DNA of 64,000 bases from an uncultured Candidatus Saccharibacteria bacterium (GCA_964510655.1 CAZEAY010000001.1:278330-342329); one strand, 5' to 3'; shown: positions 1 to 10,017, counted from the first letter of the stretch. Made by a program: numbers and translations. Notes: a model not told the origin generated them from the sequence alone.

Positions 1-69
1 CGACAAATGATTCATTTGAATATTATAGAAATAATTAGCACAAAAAAGAACTAATCACGAACCTCGAAA

Positions 70-1083
70 TTATTGTTTAGTAATAATACTTTTCTTGTAG
101 GTTTCCAAATGATTAAGAGCGATACCAGTTCCTTTGGCCACACAATAAAGAGCTTCATTGGCTAAAATAGCTTTCACCCCCGTTCGACGAAAAATCAATT
201 CTGGCAAATTACGTAATTGAGAAGTTCCTCCCGTCATAACAATTCCCTGATCAATGATGTCTGCCGATAATTCTGGTGGTGTTTCCTGAAAGACAACCTT
301 AATGGCTTTCACAATTTCTCTTAACTCATTGTCGATTGCTTTAACTATTTCATTAGTTTTTACTTCCACGGAACGAGGTAGTCCAGTCATAAAATCACGT
401 CCCTTAATCATAAAGGCTAATTCATCTTCAATCGGAATGGCTGAGCCAATGGAAATTTTTACTTCCTCAGCAGTACGATCACCAATACCCAAATTAAAAG
501 TTTTTTTAATATAATCAGCAATCGCTTGATCAATTTTATTACCAGCGTGTTTTACCGAAGTGGAAGCCACAATCCCTCCCAGGGAAATAACAGCCACATC
601 AGTTGTTCCTCCTCCAATATCCACAACCATATAACCCTTGGCTTCATAAATAGGAATACCGGCTCCAATCGCTGCCAAAATAGGCTCTTTCACCACATAG
701 GCATTTTTAGCCCCCGCCTTCATCGTGGCCTCAATTACCGCCCGACGCTCAGTTGAAGTGACTCCGGCCGGAACCGAGACCATAACATCAGGCTTGATAA
801 AATTCCACGGACCAAGCGCTTTACCAATATAATACTTAAGCATTGCTTCAGTTACTCGATAATCAGCAATCACCCCATCCTTCATTGGGCGATAAGCAAT
901 AATATTGTCGGGTGTTTTACCAACCATTAGTTTGGCTTCCATCCCCACCGCGACCACCCGATTATCCAATTCGGACACCGCGACCACCGAAGGTTCATTT
1001 AACACAATCCCCTTCCCAGGCACAAAAACCAGCGTGTTTGCCGTTCCAAGATCAATTCCTAATTTTGTAATGAAAAAACCCAT
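70..1083 (-). CDS. mreB: Rod shape-determining actin homolog MreB/Mbl
   Basis: GIDLGTANT phosphate-1 motif, EPSVVA, RPMKDGVIAD, VDIGGGTTD phosphate-2 motif. Confidence 0.96.
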   Translation of the reverse strand: MGFFITKLGIDLGTANTLVFVPGKGIVLNEPSVVAVSELDNRVVAVGMEAKLMVGKTPDNIIAYRPMKDGVIADYRVTEAMLKYYIGKALGPWNFIKPDVMVSVPAGVTSTERRAVIEATMKAGAKNAYVVKEPILAAIGAGIPIYEAKGYMVVDIGGGTTDVAVISLGGIVASTSVKHAGNKIDQAIADYIKKTFNLGIGDRTAEEVKISIGSAIPIEDELAFMIKGRDFMTGLPRSVEVKTNEIVKAIDNELREIVKAIKVVFQETPPELSADIIDQGIVMTGGTSQLRNLPELIFRRTGVKAILANEALYCVAKGTGIALNHLETYKKSIITKQ

Positions 1084-1126
1084 AAAACTGAGCTTATTTT
1101 AGACAGTTAAAACCTGAATAAAGTAA

Positions 1127-2419
1127 TTAAATTCTTTCAATGTCAACCCCAATGCCCGCTAGCCTTCCTTCAATATTCTCATAACCGCGATCGATATAAT
1201 AGGCATTATGTACTATCGATTGCCCATCCGCAACAATGGACGCCAGTAAGTAAGCCAAACCCGCTCTGAGATCAGGACTCTCCATCTCCCGAGCCTTAAG
1301 AGGGGTTTTGCCATAAATAATTGCTCGGTGAGCATCTAAAACTTTTACCTTTGCCCCCATAAAAGCCAGGGTTTCCAAATAACCCAACCGGCCTTCATAA
1401 ATTGTTTCAAAAATAAAACTTTCCCCTTCCGCCTGAGTCAACAAAATAGACATCGGAGCTTGTAAGTCTGTTACAAAGCCAGGGTACTCATGAGTTTTTA
1501 TTTCTAAAGCGTTAATTTTTTTCTGATCGGAAGAATTTGTAATTCTAATTTTATTTTTACCAACTTCAATATTTACTCCGGCCGACTGTAAAGCATTAGT
1601 CAAAGACTCAATATGTTCTGGAATACAATTTTTTACCGTCAGATCCTTAGCGCACAAAGCTCCTAAAATAACAAAACTACCGGCTTCAATTCGATCAGGA
1701 ATTGTTCGGTAAATTTTACCCTTACCACGCAAGAGGCCTCCACCAATAATTGTAATAGTAGAAGTACCAAGACCAGAAATTTTGGCCCCACATTCATTTA
1801 AAAAATTACCAAGGCTCGCGATTTCCGGCTCCAAAGCACAGTTTTTTAGCACAGTTTTCCCCTCGGCTAAAACCGCCGACATAATCATCGTCTCAGTCCC
1901 AGTTGGACTTTGTAAACGGAAAAAATTATTGGTACCCTGAAGTTTCTTACTCTTTGTCTTAAGATGATAAATATCATTAACAAGCTTAATTTCAGCCCCC
2001 AATTTTTCAAAGCCGGTTAAAAAAACATCAATTGGTCTTTTGCCGATAACACAACCACCAGGATAAGGAAAAGAAACTTTACCAAAACGGGCCAACAAGG
2101 GGCCAGTAAAAACAATTGAGGATCTCATTCTTTTAGAAATATCAACCGAAATATTAGTCCGATTTATTCCTGAAGTATCAATTTTAAAAGTGTCAGTTTT
2201 TATTTTTGACACCTTGGCCCCCAATTCAGTCAAAACCTCAAAGGCTCTTTTGACGTCTTCAATATCGGGAACATTGGTTACCGTCACTTCATCTTTAAAA
2301 AGAATCGAGGCAGCCAAAACCTTTAAAATAGCATTTTTGGCACCCTTAATAGCAATTTCCCCCACTAAAGTCTTTTTTCCCGCCAAACCACGAACCCGAA
2401 AACTATCTTTTTTATCCAT
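1127..2419 (-). CDS. murA: UDP-N-acetylglucosamine 1-carboxyvinyltransferase
   Basis: GAKNA, PGGCVIGKRPID (catalytic Cys loop), PDRIEAG, YPGFVTDLQ, DLRAG, IDRGYE motifs. Confidence 0.97.
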   Translation of the reverse strand: MDKKDSFRVRGLAGKKTLVGEIAIKGAKNAILKVLAASILFKDEVTVTNVPDIEDVKRAFEVLTELGAKVSKIKTDTFKIDTSGINRTNISVDISKRMRSSIVFTGPLLARFGKVSFPYPGGCVIGKRPIDVFLTGFEKLGAEIKLVNDIYHLKTKSKKLQGTNNFFRLQSPTGTETMIMSAVLAEGKTVLKNCALEPEIASLGNFLNECGAKISGLGTSTITIIGGGLLRGKGKIYRTIPDRIEAGSFVILGALCAKDLTVKNCIPEHIESLTNALQSAGVNIEVGKNKIRITNSSDQKKINALEIKTHEYPGFVTDLQAPMSILLTQAEGESFIFETIYEGRLGYLETLAFMGAKVKVLDAHRAIIYGKTPLKAREMESPDLRAGLAYLLASIVADGQSIVHNAYYIDRGYENIEGRLAGIGVDIERI

Positions 2420-2583
2420 TTTTAGGTGATTAGAAAATGATAACGCCTTAATATAAGGTATTTGCTTTATATTGTACTGACAGAACCGAGATCTTTCAAT
2501 ATTTTATAATTACCACCACAACAGAAGACAACTGTAAACAAAACCATCCCAAACACGGTTTGAGTAAAGATAAAAAATATAAA

Positions 2584-4731
2584 TTAAATAACAATGTCGG
2601 CGGTCCAAACCCCCTTCTTTAAATCGGTGACCGGAGATTTATAAATCCGGGCATAACTACCATCGGGCTGTTTATGGTCAATAGTTAAATAGTAAACACC
2701 AGGTCTTACCAATAAATAAAACCGCCCTACCATATCAGCAACAACCTTTTTTATTTCTTGATCAAGATCGGCGTAATAAATTTTCACAATCGCAAAAGAA
2801 ATCGGTTCACCATTTTGATTTTTAATTGTCACCACTTTATGTTTTTGTTTCCAGTAATGACCCCCAACCGTAATAGCCAAATAGATCACCGGGACTAAAA
2901 TATTCAAAATACTAGGATAAAAAATTAAGTAGAAAAGCGACATTAGGAAACCAGCTCGATAGACCCATTTAATAATTCTTGATCTAAAGAGTTCTCTAGT
3001 CGTGTGTAATTTAAAATAATTACCTTTACTTTTAACAAACTCATTCCAATCAAAATCTAAGGGGTCTAAGGGAATACTCTTATTAACAACTTCGCCAGCT
3101 AAAACATGAAAAGGTGCGCCAAAATACAAATTATCGTACATTTCATCATGTGTCTGACCATAAAGGCGACTGGAGGGAAATTGATAATGTGTCTTGTTGG
3201 CCTTCAAAGAGTACTCACCATCAAGAAGAGAGAAACCATAACGACCGTCGATATCAGTAATCGCCGTAGCAATTTCTTCTTGATTAGCCAAAACAGTAAC
3301 ATAAGCGGGATCAATTGGCCTCTTGGTAACAGAATCATAAACTGTCCCCCAGGGCTTATTCTTCTTCTTTAAACCAAGTAGCCCAAACAATGCCCCCATC
3401 TGACGTAACAACAAGAGGTAAATATCAGAAAAAGAAGCCACATTGCCAGACGCAAAAAGTAACTGAAATATTCCCGCTGTGACTCCCCCAGTAACCGCCA
3501 CTGGTCCAGCAATTTGTTTAACAAATTTTTCTGCCCCTACCCCCAAGAGCCCCAGACTCCCAACAATCGCTAATTGTCCAGTGTATTTTTTAATCGTCTG
3601 ATCTTGGTAATTTATCAAATAAATAGATACTCCATATTCCCCATCTTCTGGCATCGCCCCAACAGTAGCCTCATAAGCGGTCTTGGTGGCATTTATCTTC
3701 ATCAAAAAGGAAAAGCTTTGATTAGGATTTTTAATACTATACAAAGTTACCCCGATTGTTTTTAAAACTTCCGGCATTTTGTAATAATCAACAGAAATAG
3801 TGAATGGTTTATTCCCTTTTATTTTTAGATAACTATTCTCAAAAAATGGTTTGGTCTTTTCTCCGGCCTGTTTGAAAACAAATAAAATTGCTGGAGCTGT
3901 GGAGGAAGAGATAGTGACCGTGGGTGATCCTGCCACAGGAAGATTTTCAAACGGCGAAACCGGCCCACTGCCGATTAGGACATCGGAACCACCACCGCCG
4001 CCACCACCAGGATTATCGGGATTATTGTTATTTGGCTCACAGTTAACGATACAGGGAACATCTGGATTACCAGGTGGAGGTTCGACAACCGTTGATTGAT
4101 CATCTTTATAACTAGTTAGGGCCCCAGAAGAATACAATCCGTTCACACTTTTCACCACCGCCAAATAGTAATAGGTAGTACCAGCCGTAATAGAATTATC
4201 ATTTACAGATTGACCGGCACCAGTATAAATAACCTCACCATCAGTTGGCCCGGTCGGAATTCTACCCGCCGACTTAACAATAATTACCGAAGAAAATTGT
4301 GCAAAATTAGGAAGGGACCAAGTTAGACGCGCCCCGGAACCATTTTTTTGTGCCGTAAAATTTGTAACATTAGGAATATTGGACTGATACTGACAACTAT
4401 TATTACTAACAGTAGCATTGGCATTATAGTTAGTTGCCAATGGATCCATACAACCAGACACGGGGGTTTCTCCTCCGCCGCTACTAGAATAAGAGCAACT
4501 TCCATCATCAAAAGTAGCCGAAGAATTATAATTGTTTGCTAATGGATCAGTACAACCACCAACCGAAGAAGAACAAATATTGTTTGGACAAGTAACACTA
4601 ACATCAACTTGAACTCCGTCAGATAAAGTGGAAGGAAACTGTCCACTAGAAAAAACTAAAACAGGAAAAATAATTACCCCTAAAAAAACAAGAACTTTAT
4701 GAATATTATGTTTTGTCTTAAATAAGTTCAC
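2584..4731 (-). CDS. Large secreted, membrane-anchored surface protein (two Cys-containing GCxDPxAxNYN repeats, FnIII-like domain, Pro/Gly linker, carboxypeptidase-regulatory-like domains, TM segments)
   Basis: N-terminal signal-like hydrophobic stretch; GCTDPLANNYNSSATFDDGSC and GCMDPLATNYNANATVSNNSC repeats; LTW...TYYY FnIII-like pattern; WGTVYDSVTKRPID..TDIDGRYGF; GTG start. Confidence 0.7.
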   Translation of the reverse strand: MNLFKTKHNIHKVLVFLGVIIFPVLVFSSGQFPSTLSDGVQVDVSVTCPNNICSSSVGGCTDPLANNYNSSATFDDGSCSYSSSGGGETPVSGCMDPLATNYNANATVSNNSCQYQSNIPNVTNFTAQKNGSGARLTWSLPNFAQFSSVIIVKSAGRIPTGPTDGEVIYTGAGQSVNDNSITAGTTYYYLAVVKSVNGLYSSGALTSYKDDQSTVVEPPPGNPDVPCIVNCEPNNNNPDNPGGGGGGGSDVLIGSGPVSPFENLPVAGSPTVTISSSTAPAILFVFKQAGEKTKPFFENSYLKIKGNKPFTISVDYYKMPEVLKTIGVTLYSIKNPNQSFSFLMKINATKTAYEATVGAMPEDGEYGVSIYLINYQDQTIKKYTGQLAIVGSLGLLGVGAEKFVKQIAGPVAVTGGVTAGIFQLLFASGNVASFSDIYLLLLRQMGALFGLLGLKKKNKPWGTVYDSVTKRPIDPAYVTVLANQEEIATAITDIDGRYGFSLLDGEYSLKANKTHYQFPSSRLYGQTHDEMYDNLYFGAPFHVLAGEVVNKSIPLDPLDFDWNEFVKSKGNYFKLHTTRELFRSRIIKWVYRAGFLMSLFYLIFYPSILNILVPVIYLAITVGGHYWKQKHKVVTIKNQNGEPISFAIVKIYYADLDQEIKKVVADMVGRFYLLVRPGVYYLTIDHKQPDGSYARIYKSPVTDLKKGVWTADIVI

Positions 4732-4740
4732 AATTTTTTA

Positions 4741-5499
4741 TTAAAGAGTTACCGCCGTAACGGTAATGTTGGCACTATAGGTACCACTCTGCTGAGTTTT
4801 ACTAGATCCAACTTGTGCCTTAAATTTGATCGTAGTAGATCCTCCAGTGGGATAATTAGGGGAAGTACTGCGGGAAATCACCTGATTAGTTGTCGAAAAA
4901 CCAGTCCAACATGCATCAGCCGTGTCTAACACCCCAACATTGCAACTGACTCCATTATCTAAAAACTTATCAAGAATATCATCTCCTTCTGGCGAAAAAC
5001 CAAACCGAGATTCCGTCGCTGGAGTATTCCAAGAATAATCAGGGGAACTAAAACTTGGAGTATAATCAGCAAAAGAATTGGCTCCAGAAGTTAGGGCAGG
5101 TGAGGTATCGGCTTTGACAGATAACTCATAACCAGCCGGATTATCAGTTTGAACCTGCCAAGTCGATGACCCATTTGAAGTTCCCCCACTTACTCCACTA
5201 ATCGCAGCTGACATTGTTGGATTAGCGGGAGAAGTAATTGCTAAATAAATATCCAAGGGCATCGCCTGGTATCCACCATTCATAATCATAGTTGTGCTGG
5301 AGTAAATACCAGAACCAATCTCCCCTAAGGTGTCTTGTATTTTATAACTAGTGGAAGTAGCATAACCGCCGCCAAAATTTACACTATCGCTCTGTAAAAT
5401 ATAATTGGAACTACTAGCGACATAGCTTTGGACAAGCGAAGAAGTGGCGCCAAAAAAAACACAGATGATTAAAATTTTAAACCAATTTAAATTTGCCAT
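4741..5499 (-). CDS. Secreted Ser/Thr-rich beta protein, WxL/fimbrial-subunit-like
   Basis: Signal peptide; VQTDNPAGYELSV; C-terminal GTYSANITVTA strand reminiscent of WxL/fimbrial subunit C-termini; one Cys pair. Confidence 0.55.
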   Translation of the reverse strand: MANLNWFKILIICVFFGATSSLVQSYVASSSNYILQSDSVNFGGGYATSTSYKIQDTLGEIGSGIYSSTTMIMNGGYQAMPLDIYLAITSPANPTMSAAISGVSGGTSNGSSTWQVQTDNPAGYELSVKADTSPALTSGANSFADYTPSFSSPDYSWNTPATESRFGFSPEGDDILDKFLDNGVSCNVGVLDTADACWTGFSTTNQVISRSTSPNYPTGGSTTIKFKAQVGSSKTQQSGTYSANITVTAVTL

Positions 5500-6428
5500 T
5501 TTTTAATTTTGCGGATAGTTTTATAAACAACAAAAGAAATCCCAGCAAAAACTAACAGCCCAAGAATTAACGGCAAGGGAATAACTAGAAACTTAAGATC
5601 GATAGTCGTGGCATGAGCCGTAGTATAACCGTGATTCAAAACAAGGCTAGCCGTAAAATAGCCAAACAGAGGCAAGTGATTCCAATTAACTAATCTGGTT
5701 CTAATAGAATCTGAAAAAACAAACCAGGGTTCAATTGGCAAACGATCGACAATTTGCCCGCGCCAATTTTTAATTTCAATTACCCCATAAGGATTTAAAT
5801 AAATATTACCCTTATTCTCAAAAGAAACTCGAAAATCAACTGGCGAACGAGTCCACACAACTTTACGACCAGAAGAGAGGCTAAAATCAGTTACCTCCCC
5901 TTTTTCTTCAACATTTCCCTTGACCCGTAAAAAAATCAAGGATCCGGCACGCGAAGAAATATTGGGGCCTTTGTTTGTACTAGTTTTGGCCACCGAGACA
6001 AAAACTCCACCATACAAACCTCCAGGTTTAACCTTGGCAGGCAGAGAAATAAGCATCGGAACCACTTTTGTCTCTCCATTGGCCACCCTAATGTGGTCAT
6101 TTTCAACAATAATATAATTACGAATAGAATAAGGACCTAAACCTTGTCCGTAATATTTAATTATTTCACCATCCACATTAGAACCAGAAATATCCTCAAT
6201 GTTTATCACAAAATCAGCATCACGACCAAGTTTATTAGTAATATAAATATTCCTAATAACACTCTCTCCTGCCCCCAACCTCACTTCATGTTTGGTCGGT
6301 GACAAAACGAAAGCTTCTTTAACTTGATCGTACTGAGCTTCGGCAATCCGTGGACTAAACCCAACAAAAAAAACAACAAAAATAAATAAACCAGTCAGTA
6401 TTGTTTTTTTATTGTGGCTTATAAACAT
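5487..6428 (-). CDS. DUF916/WxL-interacting-protein-like (chaperone-like Ig domains) with C-terminal TM anchor
   Basis: Signal peptide, LSPTKHEVRL, PGGLYGGVFV, FENKGNIYLNPYG, C-terminal hydrophobic helix followed by a basic tail. Confidence 0.6.
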   Translation of the reverse strand: MFISHNKKTILTGLFIFVVFFVGFSPRIAEAQYDQVKEAFVLSPTKHEVRLGAGESVIRNIYITNKLGRDADFVINIEDISGSNVDGEIIKYYGQGLGPYSIRNYIIVENDHIRVANGETKVVPMLISLPAKVKPGGLYGGVFVSVAKTSTNKGPNISSRAGSLIFLRVKGNVEEKGEVTDFSLSSGRKVVWTRSPVDFRVSFENKGNIYLNPYGVIEIKNWRGQIVDRLPIEPWFVFSDSIRTRLVNWNHLPLFGYFTASLVLNHGYTTAHATTIDLKFLVIPLPLILGLLVFAGISFVVYKTIRKIKKWQI

Positions 6429-6430
6429 AA

Positions 6431-7447
6431 TTATTTTTTAACCGGAGTAATAACAAAAAAGTATTTTTCACCAACACGGTCACGGAAAATCGGCTGAATA
6501 ACCCCAGTCTCACCCACCTGGTCAAAGTTTACCAATATTCGGTCTGAGAAAGAGTCTTGCATCTTTTTCACATTATTTAAATCGATTGTAGTCGAGCCTG
6601 TTTGCTTCAAAAGAACAATACCAGAATCAGTATAAAGAGAGTCGACATTGCCTGGTTTAATTGTGGCAGTATCTCCACCCCGTAACTCCTGTAAAATTTC
6701 CTGTTTCAACTGTTCACGAGCCGATAAATCAGATACATCACCAGCGCCACCAACACCAGATATCTGACTAAAAAATTTATGCCAAGACAAAGAGGCACTA
6801 TCAACCAAGGAGTCTTTGAAATTTATCATAGAAACAATACCCTGATTAAATAAATCTCTAATCGGAAGCACTTGGCTATTGTAAAAAGAAAAAATCGCGG
6901 TAATAAAACTTGTTTGATATAACCAATTCAAAAAAGAGGAACTGGCAATAGATTCTGATTTAACAGAAGCTAGCGTCTCATTACCTGTCGCAATAGCTGA
7001 GGCGGTGACCGTGGTTATTTTTTTATTAGCCAACAGAAGATTATCGAGAACAGCAACCTTAGAACTCGTGAAGGCCTGTCCCAAAAAATTCTTGATTGTA
7101 TTTTGACACAGAAGCAAATTAGCTTGAGACAATTTAAGTCCCTCGCTCGCTCCAGAAAGCAGTAGAGAGCTCGTTTCTTCGAGACCCAAAATAACTCCCG
7201 GAAAGATATTCCGAGTGGTTTGGTCTAAAACAATTTCCTTGCCACGAGAAACAGAAAGTGACACTTTTTCAATTTTTTCGTGAAAGTAATCAAAAGAAAA
7301 AGCTTGGGCAGTAAAAAAAACGGCCAGCAAAAAAACAGTTGCTGAAAAATAAGCCCCAATATCAGTTAGCTGATTTTTTTTACTGGGAACGGAAATAGTT
7401 TCTGCATCCCACCCTCTGGGTGGTGATTGTGATGGGAATAAAGACAT
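6431..7447 (-). CDS. Hypothetical membrane-anchored protein, first gene of the surface operon
   Basis: Long ORF with an N-terminal TM helix; ATG at 7447 lies downstream of a TATAAT box; 2-nt gap to the next gene. Confidence 0.6.
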   Translation of the reverse strand: MSLFPSQSPPRGWDAETISVPSKKNQLTDIGAYFSATVFLLAVFFTAQAFSFDYFHEKIEKVSLSVSRGKEIVLDQTTRNIFPGVILGLEETSSLLLSGASEGLKLSQANLLLCQNTIKNFLGQAFTSSKVAVLDNLLLANKKITTVTASAIATGNETLASVKSESIASSSFLNWLYQTSFITAIFSFYNSQVLPIRDLFNQGIVSMINFKDSLVDSASLSWHKFFSQISGVGGAGDVSDLSAREQLKQEILQELRGGDTATIKPGNVDSLYTDSGIVLLKQTGSTTIDLNNVKKMQDSFSDRILVNFDQVGETGVIQPIFRDRVGEKYFFVITPVKK

Positions 7448-7512
7448 ACCGAATTTAACCTTAATTATACTACAAAACACCAGGAACCGCCCCCGTTTCC
7501 CTAGGAGAAAAA

Positions 7513-7521
7513 TGTGGATAA
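7513..7521 (-). promoter_or_regulatory. Perfect DnaA box (TTATCCACA on the minus strand) in the divergent promoter region upstream of priA
   Basis: TGTGGATAA on the + strand; single copy only. Confidence 0.35.
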
Positions 7522-7551
7522 ATACTAAAGATTTTGTATACTGGAAGAGAC

Positions 7552-9465
7552 ATGAAAATCGTAACAGTCACCCCCATCAATAAGGGTATTTTCAAAGAGG
7601 AATTGACTTATTTTAGCACCCTAGAAATTTCCGCGGGAGCGATTGTTTCTATCCCGGTCAAAAACAGAGTCGTCGATGCTTTAGTTTTAGACACACAAGA
7701 CGCCTCCACAAAAAAATCTGAAATAAAATCTTCCGATTTTTCATTAAAAAAAATTATCAAAATAAAAACAGATAATCTGTTTTTGCCAGCCTTCTTAACA
7801 GCAAGCCAGAAAACAGCTGATTACTTTGCTACCACTCTTGGACAGACGATTAAAGCCACCCTACCCCAAATAATTATTGAAAATTTGACCGCCCATAAAA
7901 AAAATACGCAGATAGAAGACGCTGTAGACAATCAAGACCCTAACCGACCCGTAAAACAGAATAAATTTATTTTACAAGATGATGACGAAGAGAGGCTGTC
8001 TTACCACAAAAGCTGGATCAGAGAATCTTTTGCTAAAAAGCATTCAGTGTTAATTTGTCTGCCTAACACACTAGAGGCCACAAAATTTTCTCAAGCTTTT
8101 GGCGCAGGCATATCAGATTATACAATCCCCCTACACACCGAACTTTCCAAAAAATCTCTTTTGGCAAACTGGCACAAAGCCACCACCGAAGAACATCCTT
8201 TGCTAATTATTACCACCGGTAATTTTCTTTCTCTTCCCAGACAGGATATTAAAACTATTATTATTGAAAAAGAAAGTCATAGTAGTTATAAAAACATAAC
8301 CAGACCATTGATCGATTACCGTAAAATGGCTGAATATCTAGCCGAGGCCCTAGATGCAAAACTAATTTTAGGCGATTTAATTCTACGAGCGGAAACAGTT
8401 TTTAAAGCCGAGCGAGGCGATTATGCTCACTTGGGAAGTCAAAAATATCGTTCCGTTTCGGGAGCCACCCAAATGGTTTTAGACAGTCGTAACCACGATA
8501 CGGGTGACAAAAATATTTATGCAATAGGAGACGATCTGCGTGAGCAAATAACTGAGGCGATAAAAAACCGAGAAAAAATAATTATTTATAGTGGCAGAAA
8601 AGGACTTACTCAATCAACAATCTGTAATGATTGCGGGCAGATTGTTCACTGTCGGCAATGCAAAAGCCCCTTAGTTTTACACAAAAATAATGCCCAGAAA
8701 AAATATATTTACTTATGTCACAAATGTGGTGAATACCAAGAAGTGAGCGACAAATGCCCAAACTGTGAAAGTTGGAGGCTATCCTTCTTAGGAATTGGCT
8801 TAGATAAAATTGAAGAAGAAATAAATAAACTTCTACCAGAAATACCAACCTTTAAAATAGAGGCGGATAATACCAAACCTAACAAACGTCAGGAGTTAAT
8901 TAGAAAATTCTATGAGACAAAAGGAAGTGCCCTATTATTAGGAACAGATTTACTCTTACCATACCTTAATGAAAAAGTTCCTAATGTGGTTGTAGCCGCC
9001 ATCGACGGAATTTTTTCCCTTCCCGACTTTAAAATTAGTGAGAAAATACTCAACACCCTACTGCACTTAAGACAATATGCAAATAAAAATTTCATCATCC
9101 AAACACGTAATCCTGAAGAAAAAGTGTTCCGCTATACCACCGAAGGAAATTTGATTGATTTTTATCGCGAGGAAATTGAAGAAAGAATGAAATTCGGCTA
9201 CCCGCCATTTAAGGTTTTAATAAAAATATCACGAGAAGGACAACCAGCCCAAGTAACCGAAGAAATGGCTAAATTAGAGAGTCTTCTTGTTGACTACAAC
9301 CCAATTATTTTTCCCGCCTTTATTTCCGAAATTAAGGGTAAATACCGAATGCATGCTCTAATAAAGATCCCTGCCGCTAACTGGGTAGACAATAGATTAC
9401 TGACAAAAATAAAAGAATTGGGCCCAGAATTTATCGTTGATATTGAGCCAGAAAGCATTCTTTAG
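7552..9465 (+). CDS. priA: Primosomal protein N' (PriA) with degenerate helicase motifs
   Basis: N-terminal 3'-DNA-binding-domain-like region, four CxxC pairs (CNDC, CRQC, CHKC, CPNC), IIQTRNPE, ERMKFGYPPF, C-terminal VDIEP; upstream of def-fmt. Confidence 0.88.
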   Translation: MKIVTVTPINKGIFKEELTYFSTLEISAGAIVSIPVKNRVVDALVLDTQDASTKKSEIKSSDFSLKKIIKIKTDNLFLPAFLTASQKTADYFATTLGQTIKATLPQIIIENLTAHKKNTQIEDAVDNQDPNRPVKQNKFILQDDDEERLSYHKSWIRESFAKKHSVLICLPNTLEATKFSQAFGAGISDYTIPLHTELSKKSLLANWHKATTEEHPLLIITTGNFLSLPRQDIKTIIIEKESHSSYKNITRPLIDYRKMAEYLAEALDAKLILGDLILRAETVFKAERGDYAHLGSQKYRSVSGATQMVLDSRNHDTGDKNIYAIGDDLREQITEAIKNREKIIIYSGRKGLTQSTICNDCGQIVHCRQCKSPLVLHKNNAQKKYIYLCHKCGEYQEVSDKCPNCESWRLSFLGIGLDKIEEEINKLLPEIPTFKIEADNTKPNKRQELIRKFYETKGSALLLGTDLLLPYLNEKVPNVVVAAIDGIFSLPDFKISEKILNTLLHLRQYANKNFIIQTRNPEEKVFRYTTEGNLIDFYREEIEERMKFGYPPFKVLIKISREGQPAQVTEEMAKLESLLVDYNPIIFPAFISEIKGKYRMHALIKIPAANWVDNRLLTKIKELGPEFIVDIEPESIL

Positions 9466-9507
9466 ACCTTGCAATGGTGGTGTTTTTTGTGTTATGCTAA
9501 TAAAAAC

Positions 9508-10017
9508 ATGACTGAAATTATCCAAGAAGGAAACAAGGTTCTCCGTCAGACCGCCAAAGATTACCCGATTTCTGAAATCGGTAGTTCTCATTTGAAAAAA
9601 ATTATTGAAAACATGAACCGCGCTCTAGACGCCGAAGATGACGGAGTAGCAATTGCCGCCCCACAAATTGGGGAATCTTGGCGAATTTTTATTGTCTCAG
9701 GAAAAATTTTACCGAAAAAGTTGGGCAAACCCCAAACGAATCAAGTTTTCATTAATCCGGTTATAAAAAAATTATCAAAAAATAAGGTGGCGATGGAAGA
9801 GGGCTGTCTATCTGTGCGCTGGATTTACGGCAAAACAAAAAGAGCCGACAAAGCGATGGTGGAAGCTTACAATGAAAAGGGTCACAAATTCGCCAGACAA
9901 GGTTCCGGTCTTTTAGCTCAAGTTTTTCAACATGAGACAGATCATCTAAATGGCGTTCTGTTTATTGATAAAGCCAGTCATTTAGTAAGGATCGAGCCAG
10001 ATAAACAGACAAAATAA
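9508..10017 (+). CDS. def: Peptide deformylase
   Basis: GVAIAAPQIG, EGCLS, QHETDHLNG motifs; ATG start taken at 9508. Confidence 0.97.
   Translation: MTEIIQEGNKVLRQTAKDYPISEIGSSHLKKIIENMNRALDAEDDGVAIAAPQIGESWRIFIVSGKILPKKLGKPQTNQVFINPVIKKLSKNKVAMEEGCLSVRWIYGKTKRADKAMVEAYNEKGHKFARQGSGLLAQVFQHETDHLNGVLFIDKASHLVRIEPDKQTK

Noticed and set aside
3985-4035. CCA/CCG trinucleotide repeat as a contingency locus
   Set aside because: It encodes a Gly/Asn/Pro linker with mixed codons; in-frame low complexity only
7481-7551. Replication origin at the DnaA box
   Set aside because: Only one box in a ~100-nt spacer, no dnaA/dnaN nearby, and no evident switch in gene-strand bias
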